Shown here one piece after another: positions 25,717 through 37,769 of a stretch of DNA of 64,000 nt. Location: positions 29,636,001 through 29,700,000 of the forward strand of contig CM069155.1 of the NCBI GenBank assembly GCA_035221665.1, given 5' to 3'. Position 1 is the stretch's first letter. Each line of letters starts with the position of its first letter. The translations under genes and the position numbers were made by a program. The notes beneath the pieces were generated by a model. That model did no database searches, was not told where the DNA came from, and saw nothing but the letters and a program-made list of their open reading frames with translations. Source of the DNA: Okamejei kenojei. Taxonomy: Eukaryota.

Positions 25717-27218
25717 GTAAGTGAAATATATTATTTGAGTGGCGCCATGGATTATTTTGTAAATTTAAGTGAAGTGTTTGCTGAATTAACGTCGTAATTC
25801 ACGCAAAATGGAGGAACAGCAACTCATATTTCATTTGACCAGCTTACAATCCAGCTGTAAGACTACTGATTTCTCTAACTTCAAGTAACTTTGAAGTTAG
25901 TCGTTGTAATAGTTTCAATGTTTTCCTGGTGAGTTGCATTGTCTGTAACTCGTTTTCACCGAGGCCACAGTTAAACATGGGTTAATTCCTTTATCGTCGT
26001 TATTTTTTTGCATATCTTTCTATCATTTTTCCTTATCTCTTATATCACCGTCTATATATCTCGCGTTCCTTTCCCCTGAATCTCAATCTGAGTAAGGGTC
26101 TCGACCCGAAACGTCGCCTATTCCTTTTCTCCAAAGATCCGCTAAGTTACTCCAGCGTTTTGTGCCTATCTTGATTTTGCCAGGTTTATCTCGATGTACT
26201 TGGTGCAGTGTATAGATTCCTGCTTTACAGACGCTCAGGCTCCGAGTTCACTAGCTCATAGCTCCGTGAAATAACTGGAAAAGGGAGCTAAAAATCAATT
26301 TCTCAACTCGGCACCCAGTGAACCTTTCGCAGATGAGAGCCACATTTCTACCTCAGAGCCATTTCAAATTATTCAGGACCCGAACAAGACTAGGCCATTC
26401 GGGCCCTACGCCCTCAATATTAGAGAAGAAATCGCGCACCTGTGATTCCAAGCTTTATGTGTGTTTACAGTTCACATTTTACCAATTTATTTAGGCTGTA
26501 CTTCAAGAACTTGAATGTTCTCGAAAATGTGAGGCGACTCTCCAATTTTTCATTCCCGACCATTAATTATCGCGTGTTTCCCAATGCTAATTATTGGCAC
26601 TATTTTTCTGGATTTTAGCGTAGTCATGTATATTGGGATTGACGTAGAATTGAAGTGCCCCCTAAATAAAATGCGGGTTGTTAAATAATTTGCAGAAGTA
26701 TTCACAGCGAAATTTTTCAACTCGCGAAAATAATTGTCCAGATTGCTTGGTTAATGGGGGTCAGCAACGTTGACATTCAACTTTGCTGAAATTCTGGTTG
26801 ACATGTCTAACGGGTATATCGTTTCTCCTCAAAATGTGAAAAGAGAACGTTTCGCACATTTCCCTCAGGAAATAGGTTGCTTTTGTTTAAACTGGAGACG
26901 TGTAGTGAAAATCACTTTTATAAAGTTATATTAATGTGTTCTATTTTATAAAACTGTACAGCCATAATATATCACAATTGTTTCCGTGTTGTTTATGGAT
27001 AGGACAGACAGCATCTATCCTAGTTGCTTTCACGTTGTTTATTCATTGTTTATCCGATTTTAAGAAACACACACACATACACAATTGTTTGAAATGGGTC
27101 GAGAATAAAACGATTTTCTACAAATGAATAAATTAATGCTCTAATGTGATGAATTTTCTGAAATATGATATCTCGACGATAGCAATTCTCCAATTAAACG
27201 TGACTTCTTGTTAAACAG

Positions 27219-27542
27219 ATCCTCGAGCACCGATCGTGACGGTTCTCCCGCCTTCCGCTGATGAAGTTACCTCAAAGGGCACCGCCACTCTGGTTTGTTT
27301 GGTGAGCGGCTTTAACCCGGGTTCGGTGGTCGTTGAGTGGACAGTCGACGGCGGTACAAAAAATAGCGGCGTTGAGACCAGCCCGATCCAGCAGGATAAG
27401 GACAACACGTTCAGTCTTAGCAGTTACCTGACTCTGCCAGCCTCAGACTGGAATTTACACGAGCTTTACTCCTGTGTGGTTAAAACACCAGACTCAGGCA
27501 AACCCACTTAAGACAAATATCGTGAGATCCAGCTGTATCTGA
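27219..27542 (+). CDS. IGL: Ig light chain cluster A, constant exon (lambda-like type II); +1 frameshift at 27482-27485 as written
   Basis: ag|AT CCT gives DPRAPIVTVLPPS...ATLVCLVSGFNPG...YSCVVK. Removing one A from TAAAAC restores HQTQANPLKTNIVRSSCI-stop (TGA 27540-27542). AATAAA at 27807-27812. Confidence 0.9.
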
Positions 27543-28963
27543 TGTTGGAAACGTGAGGCTGACCTGACAAAGTTAGTTTATCATCATTGGGTTCGTCCAT
27601 GTGACAAAGTTAGTAATGTATTGGACTTTGGTGCTTTCGTTCAGAAATGCCATTTGTAGTTGACACTTCGATTTTTACGATTTGTTCACTTTAAATGTAG
27701 TTCTTTCGAAAGAATAACGTTTTTGAATGAACATCAAGTAGATTCAATTGCGTTAGCCAAAAGCATGGATGTTGCTATTGTACCCATTGTATATTTGCAG
27801 CCGTTGAATAAAGTTTTAAAACGCATTTCAAATGCATTGTTGATTTCCTTTGTTATACTTCTGACCCGAACCATGATGGCTTAACATGGGTTGTGTTCTC
27901 TCGTAGATTTGAGCTACCAACACTGATTTTTGTTTCTCTATTTCGATCGCTAATTACAATCACACAACAGTAGTGAACCACTCGTCGATTTATACCATGC
28001 GTTCTACAGCGCTTTGTCAGTTCGTGTGCAACATTAATCAGACAAAGATCCGTGTAAACCAAGCATGGCAAACGTGGTCTTAATGCGAAAAATATCACAG
28101 AAATAAACAGAAAATACTATTAATTCTCAGTAAGTCGGGCGGCACGTGGGAAGTGAGAAATAGATTAGACGTTTCAGTCTGTTGTTAGACATAATTTAAA
28201 AATTATGTCCTTACCAGCATTCAGGGATTGTCAAATATGTCTTCGTTCATACACCGTTATATAATTAAATAAAATGCGTGTGCATACCTGGAAATCTGGA
28301 AATTTGAAAACGCCATTAATTCCCAACATATTAGCAAGTTTCTGTAAACGGATGGGTTGTTTCGCACCTCCACTTTACACTCCTCGCACCGAGCATGGCA
28401 CCTCCATCCTTTATCACAGAAGACTGTCACTTTCACACTAATCGGTGACGCGGTTTGTATTTAAATATTTACAAACATTACACTTTATTTCTTCCGATTG
28501 TCAGCTTTAACGAAACAGGGTGATTATTGGCGTTAGCAGAACAGGTACTGAGTTTGTATGTGGCGTGCACGTGTCTCACGGTGGTATCACACTGGAAATG
28601 GGCAACAACACTCTCAATAAAGCAGGATAATGTCTTCAGAAAGATGCGATGAGTGCACGGCAGCTTCATATAGACACGTGAGAAAAAGAGAGAGAGAGAG
28701 AGAGAGGAGGGGGGGGGGTGAGAATAGAACGGGGGCGGGGTTAAGAGCGAACAATAAGGGAACTATTTGCTATAGTAAGAGGACAAGCAGACACGGACAA
28801 ACCCCTACCTCTGTCACAAATCGCTTTTCACTTATTCCAAGACTTATTCCCAATTATTTTCACGTTACATGAGCAACCTGGGCTTAGGTCTTAATGAATC
28901 GGAAGAATCGGAATGCAGATGCTGGTTTAAACCAAAGATAGACGATTTATTCGAATCAGCAAA

Positions 28964-29215
28964 AAATGCCTACAATCCGGATCATTTAGAAAAGGTAAGA
29001 CACAAACAGCTGGAGCAACTCAGCGGGTCAGAAAGCATCTCTGGAGAAAAGGAATCGGTGACGTTTTGGGTCAAGGCCCTTCTTCAGACTGTCTGAAGAA
29101 GAATCTCGATCCGAAATGTCACCTATTCATTTTCTTCACAGATACTGTCTGACCCGCTAAGTTACACCAGCTTTATGTGTCTACCTTTTCTAAATGATCC
29201 GGATTGTAGACATTT
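28964..29215. mobile_element. Palindromic head-to-head pair of hammerhead modules with inverted outer 34-bp arms
   Basis: Minus core 29060-29087 and plus core 29093-29120. 28964-28997 is the reverse complement of 29182-29215 (33/34). Confidence 0.85.
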
Positions 29216-29249
29216 ACAGCCCCGCTATCAGGATTAGTACTAATCAATA

Positions 29250-29926
29250 CTAATAAGAATTAGTATTGTTTACCCATTAATTACATATCTGCATGGACGC
29301 CTGTCATCTGCAAATTGTATGTTTTTTATTTTAATTGCCGTTTTGTCCATGAATCTTTTAAATTATGTACTTTACATCGCCCTCATTGCTTTAAACTTCA
29401 CCTCCTCCTCCGTTGCTCTCTACCCTTGCTTTTCCTTTCTCTCTGATCCCCGCTGTATCTCTCATTTTGTTCCTCTCCCTCATTTACATAATGCCCCTGT
29501 TTCTCTACACCACTCTTTGTAATTCTCTGTCTGTTGGCTTTACGCGTCAGGAAAATAAATTACTCGGATACACAGCCAAAGACAACCTGGGCATCAATTT
29601 TCTGAAACTTGTTGATTATTCACATGTTGGAGCCAAAGAAAAATAGCAGAGGGTTCTGTGATCTTTGCTTTTATTTGCATTCTGTTATTTCTTAGGTCAA
29701 TGTAAATTGATATTTTAATTGTTTTTCAATCGTCTATTTGAATACCCATGTAACTATTTGATTGCGGCTCTCTGACGGTGCTATTAAAATTTAATACCTG
29801 TGTATCATTCTAACAAAACCGAATTACCACAACTAGAACGACATAGAAAAACGACTGTCACCAGTCTGTGGTTATGTTTCCGGAATAATGACTATTCCCC
29901 TCACTGCTTATGCATTTGGAAACATC
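29250..29926 (+). repeat. Non-coding paralogous block, copy B (continues at 33768-33926 and 34124-34227)
   Basis: Colinear with 13530-14385 and 17558-17665; interrupted by a CR1 and a hammerhead element. Confidence 0.85.
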
Positions 29927-32900
29927 GAAACATAGAAAATAGCTGCAGGAGGAGGCCATTCGGCCCTTCGAGTCAGCACCGCCATTCATTATGATCATGG
30001 CTGATCGTACCCTATCAATTACCCGTGCCTGCCTTCTCCCCATATCCCTTCATTCCACTAGCTCCTAGAGATCTATCTAACTCTCTCTTAAATCCATCCA
30101 GTGATTTGGCCTCCACTGCCCTCTGTGGCAGGGAATTCCATAAATTCACAACTCTCTGGGAGAAAACGTTTTTTTCTCACCATAGTCTTAAACGACCTCC
30201 CCTTATTCTAAGACTGTGGCCCCTGGTTCTTCACTCGCCCAACATTGGGAACAATTTTCCTGCATCTAGCTTGTCCTGTCCTTTTATAATTTTTGATGTT
30301 TCTCTAAGATCCACCCTCATCCTTCTAAACTCGAGTGATCACAAGCCTAGTCTTTTCAATCTTTCCTCATATGACAGTCCCGCCATCCCAGGGATCTATC
30401 TCGTGAACCTACGCTACACTGCCTCAATCACAAGGATGTCCTTCCTCAAATTAGGAGACCAAAACTGTACACAATACTCCAGATGTGGTCTCACCAGAAC
30501 CCTATACAACTGCAGAAGAAAATTCTTTACTTCTGTACTGAAATCCTCCTGTTATGAAGGCCAACATTCCATTAGCTTTCTTCACTGCCTGCTGTACCTG
30601 CACGCCAACTTTCAGTGATTGGTGTACAAGGACACCCAGGTCTCGCTGTACCTCCCCCTTACCTAACCTAACCCCATTAAGCTAATAATCTGCCCCTTGT
30701 TTTTGCCGCCAAAATGGATAACCGCACAGTTATCTTATTATACTGCATCTGCCACGCATCTGCCCACTCACTCAACCTGTCCAGGTCACCCAGCAAGCTC
30801 CCAACATCCTCTTCACAGTTCACACTGTCACCCAACTTTGTGTCATCCGCAAACTTGCCAGTGTTGCTCCTAATTCCCTCTTCCAAATCATTAATATATA
30901 TGGTAAGCAGTTGCGTCCCCAACACCGAGCCTTGCGGCACTCTACTCGCCACTGCCTGCCATTCTGCCGTTCACTCCTACTCTTTGCCAACCAATTTTCT
31001 ATCCATGTCAACACCCTACCCCCAATACCACCTGCTCTAATTTTAGTCACCAGTCTCCCGTGCGGGACCTTATCAAAGGCTTTCTGAAAGTCTAGATACA
31101 CAACATCCACTGGCACCCCTTCATCCATTTTACTTGTCACATCCTCAAAAAATTCCAGAACATTAGTCAAGCATGATTTCCCTTTCATAAATCCATGTTG
31201 ACTTGGACTAATCCTTTTATTGCTATCCAAATGCCCCATTATTACCTCTTTAATAATTGACTCCAGCATCTTTCCCACCACCGAAGTCAGGCTAACTGGT
31301 CTGTAGTTCCCCGTTTTCTCTCTCGCTCCTTTCTTGAAAAGTGGGATAACATTAGCTATCCTCGAATCCACAGGAACCGATCCTGAATCTATTGAACATT
31401 GGAAAACGATCACCAATGCGTCCACTATTTCTAGAGCCACCTCCCTGAGGACCCTGGGATGCAGACCATCAGGCCCAGGGGATTTATCACCCTTCAGTCC
31501 CATTAGCCTACCCAATACTATTTCTCGCCTAATGAAAATTTCTTTCAGTTCCTCTACCCCCTTAGATCCTCTCTCCTCCAGTACATCAGGGAGATTGTTT
31601 GTGTCTTCCTTAGTGAAGACAGATCCGAAGTACCTATTCAACTCTTCTTCCATTTCCTTGTTGCCCATAATAATTTCACCCGTGACTGTCTTCAAGGGAC
31701 CCACATTTTACTTTGCTACTCTTTTTCCCTTAAAATATCTAAAGAAGCTTTTACTGTACTTCTTTATATTCCTGGCCAGCTTCCCTTCATGCTCAATATT
31801 TTCAGCCCGTATTGCCCGTTTTGTTTCCTTCTGTTGTCCAACGTGTTGCCCATTTTGTTTCCTTCTGTTCCCAATCCTCTGGCTTCCGGCTACTCTTTGC
31901 TGTGTTATTCACCTTTTCTTTTCGTATTATTCTATCCCTCACTTCTCTTGTCAGCCACGGTTGCTTCATACTCTCCTTAGAATCTGTCTTCCTTTTTGGA
32001 ATGAAATGATCATGCGTCTTCCGGATTATGCCCAGAAATTCCTGCCATTGCTGTTCCACCGTCATTCCTGCTAGGATCCCTTTCCAGTCTACTTTGGCCA
32101 GCTCCCCTCTCATGCCTTCATAGTCACTTTTGTTCAACTGCATCACTGCCAATTCCGATGTATCGTTCTCCTTCTCAAATTGCAGGTTAAAACTAATCAT
32201 ATTATGATCACTGCCTTCAAGCGGTTCTTTTACCTCGAGTTCTCTTATCATATCAGGTTAATTGGACCACACTATATCCAGAATTGCCTTTTCTCTGGTT
32301 GGCTCCATTACAAGCTACTCTAAGAATCCATCTCGGAGGAATTCTACAAACTCTCTTTCTTGGGGTCCTGAACCAACCTGATTTTCCCAGTCTACCTGCA
32401 TATTGAAATCCCCCATCACCACAGCGGTATTACCTGTGTTACATGCCAGTTTTAACTTCTGCTGCAACGTACAACATACATCCGGGCTACTATTTGGGGC
32501 TCTGTAAATAAAACCAATTAGCGTCTTCTTGCCTTTACAATTCCTCAACTCAATCCACGGTGACTCTACCTCGTCAGTCCCCATGTCTTCCCTCGCAAGG
32601 GACTGAATTTCATCCCTCACCAGCAGAGCTACCCCGCCTCCTCTGCCAACCTGCCTGTCCTTTCTATAGGATGTATAACCCTGAATATTAAGTTCCCAGG
32701 CCTGATCCTCCTGCAGCCACGTCTCAGTAATCCCCTCAATGTCATATCTACCAACCTCTAACTGAGCCTCAAGCTCATCTACTTTACTTCTTATACTTTG
32801 CGCACTCATGTACAATAATTTTAATTCCTTACGCATCTCACCTTTCACATCGATCCCTATTACACTTGGCCATACTCTCCTATCCCTTTGTGAGCTTCCT

Positions 32901-33767
32901 TTCCCGTTGATTCAGGGGGTCATTAAACATCCCTTTACTCTCTTTCCCTTTAACTCCATCATCGACTGTCCCATTTGACACCCCACCCCCCCTTATTCAG
33001 TTTAAAACCACCAGTGTAGCAGTGGCTAAACCCTAAACCCTGCCTGCCAGAATGCTGGTTCCCCACCTGTTCAGATGCAATACGTCCCTTTTATGCAGTC
33101 CCCCCTTACACCCCAGTGATCTAAGAATCTAAATCCCTGCCCTCTGCACCAGTTGGTCAGCCACACATTCAGGACCCGTATCTCCCTGTTCCTGCTCTCG
33201 CCAGCACGAGGAACTGGAAGCAAACCGGAGATAACAACCTTGGAGGTCCTGCTTTTCAGCATTTTTCCGAGCTCTCTAAGGTCACGCTGCAGAATATTCA
33301 TCCCCTTCTTTCCGACATCATTTGTGCCAACATGCGCTACCACTTCCGGCTGTTCACCTTCGCCCTTGAGGATTTTCTGCATTCTGTCCGTGATATCCTG
33401 GATCCTGGCACCAGGAAAGCAGCGCACCATGCTCGAATCCCGTCTAATCCCGCACAATGGAGACTCCAACTACGATGGCGTTGCCTGACGTTGGCCTCTT
33501 TGGTTTTGGGTGAACAGCCCTTTTAGCGTCGCAAGCCAGTCCGCCACTCAGTGTGATAACGTCTTCTGTCCCGACAGCTTCTGAGTGGGTGAACCTGTTC
33601 ACAAGAGGTACAACACCCGGAGACATTTGCATTCCATGTTTCCCTCTCTTTCTCACCGTCACCCGCCTTCTCTCTTCCAGTACCTTAGGCGTAACAATCT
33701 TACTGTAGGACTTGTCGAGGAACGACTCAGTTTCTCGGACGAACCTGAGGTCATCCACTTGCTTCTC
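29927..33767 (-). mobile_element. Near-full-length CR1 LINE (ORF1 SGNH-esterase part, ORF2 APE and RT), 5'-truncated
   Basis: ORF1: CFPGARIQD, AHVGTNDV. ORF2: GITETWL, MGDFN, SDHN, KSPGPDG, QHGFMKGKSCLTN, FADDTKL. Imperfect TSD AAACATC 29920-29926 / AAATATC 33768-33774; flanks rejoin colinearly with 14225-14260. Confidence 0.93.
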
Positions 33768-33926
33768 AAATATCATGTCGCCTGCCAGCGGCGTAATTGT
33801 GCCTTGCCCTTCCATGATTTTGACATATATCGAAACGTTCAGTGGACTCAATAACTATATTGCAGGAAAACAAATCCATATTTCTCTTAGACCGGAAAAA
33901 GAACGAAACAGGCGTTAACCAACACT

Positions 33927-34110
33927 AGATACAACATGCTAGAGCAACTCAGCGGGATAGAGAGCATATCTGGACAGAAGGAATTTGTGACCTTTCCGGT
34001 CGAGATCCTTCTTCAGACCCGAATCGAGAGATGCTTCCTGTCCCGCTGCGTTACCCGAGCATTTTGTGACTATCTTAGATTTAAACCAGCATCTGCAGTT
34101 CCTTCCTACA
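33927..34110. mobile_element. Short hammerhead element, head-to-head form, with TSD
   Basis: TSD CGTTAAC(C/T)AACACT at 33913-33926 and 34111-34124. Degenerate minus core at about 33989-34016. Confidence 0.8.
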
Positions 34111-34927
34111 CGTTAACTAACACTGTCGGTGTATGTTTTTTTAGCTAAATCAATCCCTATCCATTGATTTATTTGGGGGATTAATGTATTGTTGGCCAGA
34201 CAATGCATCGATTTCCCATCCCTATCTATTGCTCTAATACCCATAGTGAAGATACATCGCAAAGTGAATCAAACGGAGATTAAATATCCAGGAGAGAGAG
34301 AGAAAATTACAAGAAAATAAAGACGGGGGTGGGGGAGGCCGCATTTTTTCCTGTGTCGTAATGTAATTACATTATTTTAGCGTTGCCTTCCGAAGATTTC
34401 TAGATGTGTGCGCCAGGACCGGCGAGAAAATCATGCACTTACACTCATGCCACACATAAATGCTGTCGGCCTCTCTTGCTCATCATCCGCGTGAATGCTG
34501 TAAAACACGATGTCAGGGCCATAACTTCATTCCTATCCACGATGGCCCACGATGTCTGTGCGAACCAATTGCCAATTTACACTAATGCAGTCTGCCTGAG
34601 ATAAATAATGTCTATATCCCTCCATTCACTATCTGTTCACGTGCTTGCCTAAACGCCTCTTGGACCTTGCTGGGTATCTACTTCCACCGCTTCTTCTACC
34701 AAAGCGTTCCACACTTTCTGTTTAAAAAAGACATGCAAAGTGTACCCCATTCAAACTCTCCTACCTTAAAGCTAGAAAATATATAATACAATACATCGGC
34801 CTGGAAAGGAAACTCTGAGTATCAACCGCTGATAGAGAGAGAGAGACGTGTGATAATGATATCGCAAAGCGTAATGTTTCTGGAGAAGTTTTCCAACTTA
34901 TATTGAACTGGTCCATTTTATAACCAG

Positions 34928-35213
34928 ATCCTAAGGTCGGTTCTGCCACCTTCGCCGAACGAAGTCACGGTAAATGGACCCGCTACCCTGGTGTGTTCGG
35001 TAAGCGGGCTTAATTCGCGGGATGTAAACATTGAGTGGACTGCAGACAAAACTGCGAGAAGGAATGGCGTTGAGACCAACCGGGTCCAGCAGGAGACGGG
35101 CAGCCCTCTGCCAGCCTCAGATTGGAAACTACACACGCTTTCCTCCTGAGTGGTTAAATACGAGACTAAAGACAAATCCCATTACGTAAAACATCGCGAT
35201 CCATTTTATTTGA
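34928..35213 (+). pseudogene. Orphan Ig light chain constant-exon pseudogene
   Basis: Acceptor aaccag|ATCCT as in cluster B. Reads SVLPPSPNEVTVNGPATLVCSVSGLN...EWT...GVETNRVQQETG. Has a frameshifting 5' deletion, loss of the FSxSSYL strand, and TGA in place of the second Cys (35147-35149). No V exon seen upstream. Confidence 0.9.
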
Positions 35214-35486
35214 TGGTGAAAAACTTGCGCGCTGAACTGGGAAACTTGGATCATGCATTTCTTCCAGGTGACAACAGATCGAAATGTTACACAAATTAGG
35301 GGGGAACCCTCGGGAGAACATGGATAGGTGACGTTTAGAGTCGGGACCTCTCTTCTGACTGATTGTGGTGGGGGTGGAGGAGAAAGCTGGAAAAGAGGTG
35401 GGGTATGACTAAGCCTCACAAGTAGGTGGATACAGTGGGGCGGCGGGTGATTGGCTGATGGATAAGATAAGAAAAGACAAAATAAG

Positions 35487-36637
35487 AAATTAGTATACAA
35501 ACTTAATGCATACGGTATTAGGGGTTCAGTATTGATGTGGATAGAGAACTGGCTGGCAAACAGGAAGCAAAGAGTAGGAGTAAACGGGTCCTTTTCACAA
35601 TGGCAGGCAGTGACTAGTGGGGTACCGCAGGGCTCAGTGCTGGGACCCCAACTATTTACAATATATATTAATGATCTGGATGAGGGAATTGAAGGCAATA
35701 TCTCCAAGTTTGCGGATGACACTAAGCTGGGGGGCAGTGTTCGCTGTGAGGAGGATGCTAGGAGACTGCAAGGTGACTTGGATAGGCTGGGTGAGTGGGC
35801 AAATGTTTGGCAGATGCAGTATAATGTGGATAAATGTGAGGTTATCCACTTTGGTGGCAAAAACAGGAAAGCAGACTATTATTTAAATGGTGGCCGATTA
35901 GGAAAAGGGGAGATGCAGCGAGACCTGGGTGTCATGGTACACCAGTCATTGAAAGTAGGCATGCAGGTGCAGCAGGCAGTGAAAAAAGCGAATGGTATGT
36001 TAGCTTTCATAGCAAAAGGATTTGAGTACAGGAGCAGGGAGGTTCTACTTCAGTTGTACAGGGTCTTGGTGAGACCACACCTGGAGTATTGCGTACAGTT
36101 TTGGTCTCCAAATCTGAGGAAGGACATTATTGCCATAGAGGGAGTGCAGAGAAGGTTCACCAGACTGATTCCTGGGATGTCAGGACTGTCTTATGAAGAA
36201 AGACTGGATAGACTCGGTTTATACTCTCTGGAATTTAGGAGATTGAGAGGGGATCTTATAGAAACTTACAAAATTCTTAAGGGGTTGGACAGGCTAGATG
36301 CAGGAAGATTGTTCCCGATGTTGGGGAAGTCCAGGACAAGGGGTCACATCTTAAGGATAAGGGAGAAATCCTTTAAGACCGAGATGAGAAAGACTTTTTT
36401 CACACAGAGAGTGGTGAGTCTCTGGAACTCTCTGCCCCAGAGGGTAGTTGAGGCCAGTTCATTGGCTATATTTAAGAGTGAGTTGGATGTGGCCCTTGTG
36501 GCTAAGGGGATCAGAGGGTATGGAGAGAAGGCAGGTACGGGATACTGAGTTGGATGATCAGCCATGATCATATTGAATGGCGGTGCAGGCTCGAAGGGCT
36601 GAATGGCCTACTCCTGCACCTAATTTCTATGTTTCTA
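35487..36637 (+). mobile_element. Young 5'-truncated CR1 with an uninterrupted ORF2 C-terminus (35532-36548)
   Basis: 338-aa open ORF with [25 protein letters not shown] and YSLEFRRLRGDLIETYK. Tail tttctatgtttcta. Sits inside a minus-strand Penelope pLTR remnant. Confidence 0.95.
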
Positions 36638-37769
36638 AAAGTTGTGATCTAAGGATAGCAGTTCGAATCGTGAAGACAGAAGAAGGAATATAGGGGGAAG
36701 GGGAGGGAGAGTGGGGATAAATAGTGTGTCAATACGGGTGGGGCACAAGCAGGGGAGGGGAAGGAAGAAAAGAAATCAAAAACAACAAATAAATCAATCA
36801 ATAAATAAATAAATAAATACGCAACTAAGGACATAAACGAATACACGAGTAGATAAATAAATAGAAAAATAAAAAAATATATAAAATAGATGGGCAAATA
36901 GGCGAATATGTAAATAAATAAACGGAACGGTGGATAGATACATAAATAAATAACCAAAAACTTCGCAGTTTTAATTTTCATCAAATATTATGTATTGGAA
37001 ACTCTGTTATTGTAAACGCTGTCTATCCAAATAATGTACTGGTTCAAGTTTAATTGACTTTAGTGCTGCGTGTTCAACAACATTGAATAAAGGCAAATAA
37101 GTGATTCGTGCTTCCTCGTTTTTTTTTGGTCTTTTTTCCATGAGTCAATGTACTCAATGAATTGATCTCGGATGCAATGTTTTTTCCGTTTCATTTTATT
37201 ATGATGCAAAGTTCTTGAACAGGAATTTAACTGGTGTTGATTCCCCACGCTGTTTAAATATTGGCACTAATTTCCTCCCATTTTTTTTTACCATGAATCG
37301 GGATGTGCAACAGTCTGGATTTCCGATTGGTTGTCCGTGTCCACAGTGCGGCTTTCGTGGTCGAGCGAATGCAGCGACGGTAATTGGCGATGTCATTGCG
37401 CAAGGGCGATTTGATAGCAGCCCTTCCAACACGCTTTGCGTCATCCAGGGAAAGCATCGAGCGTCCGCACTGGACAATTGGGCAGGATGAACAAAATCCA
37501 AATCTCGATTGTCCATCCCTGAACACCTGCATAAAATAATGAGTTTGACACTAAAAGCTGGAGCAACTCAGCGGGTCAAACAACGTATCTAGAGAAAGGG
37601 ATAGAGCCATAGAGTCATACAGTCATACAGTCAAACAGTATGGAAACTGGCCCGACGGCCCAATTTCCCCACACCGGGCCTAACCAGCCCCACCTGCCCG
37701 CAGTAACCCCTCAGATTCCTATTAAATATTTTTCCCTTAACCGTAAACCTATTTTACTCCTCCTGTTTC

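Noticed and set aside
25308-25724. ORF-track start and stop positions for the V and C ORFs (also 47321-47749, 44981, 62197)
   Set aside because: They run into introns or start internally; splice-site-defined exon boundaries were used instead.
25206-27542. Joined VJ explained as a processed pseudogene or a somatic B-cell rearrangement
   Set aside because: Introns and promoters are present, there is no poly(A) or TSD, and three neighbouring clusters are all joined with no leftover RSS.
30025-32074. Long plus-strand ORFs (30025-30618, 31334-32074), and similarly 35129-35860(-) and 38253-38915(-)
   Set aside because: Antisense shadows of CR1 or Penelope coding sequence.
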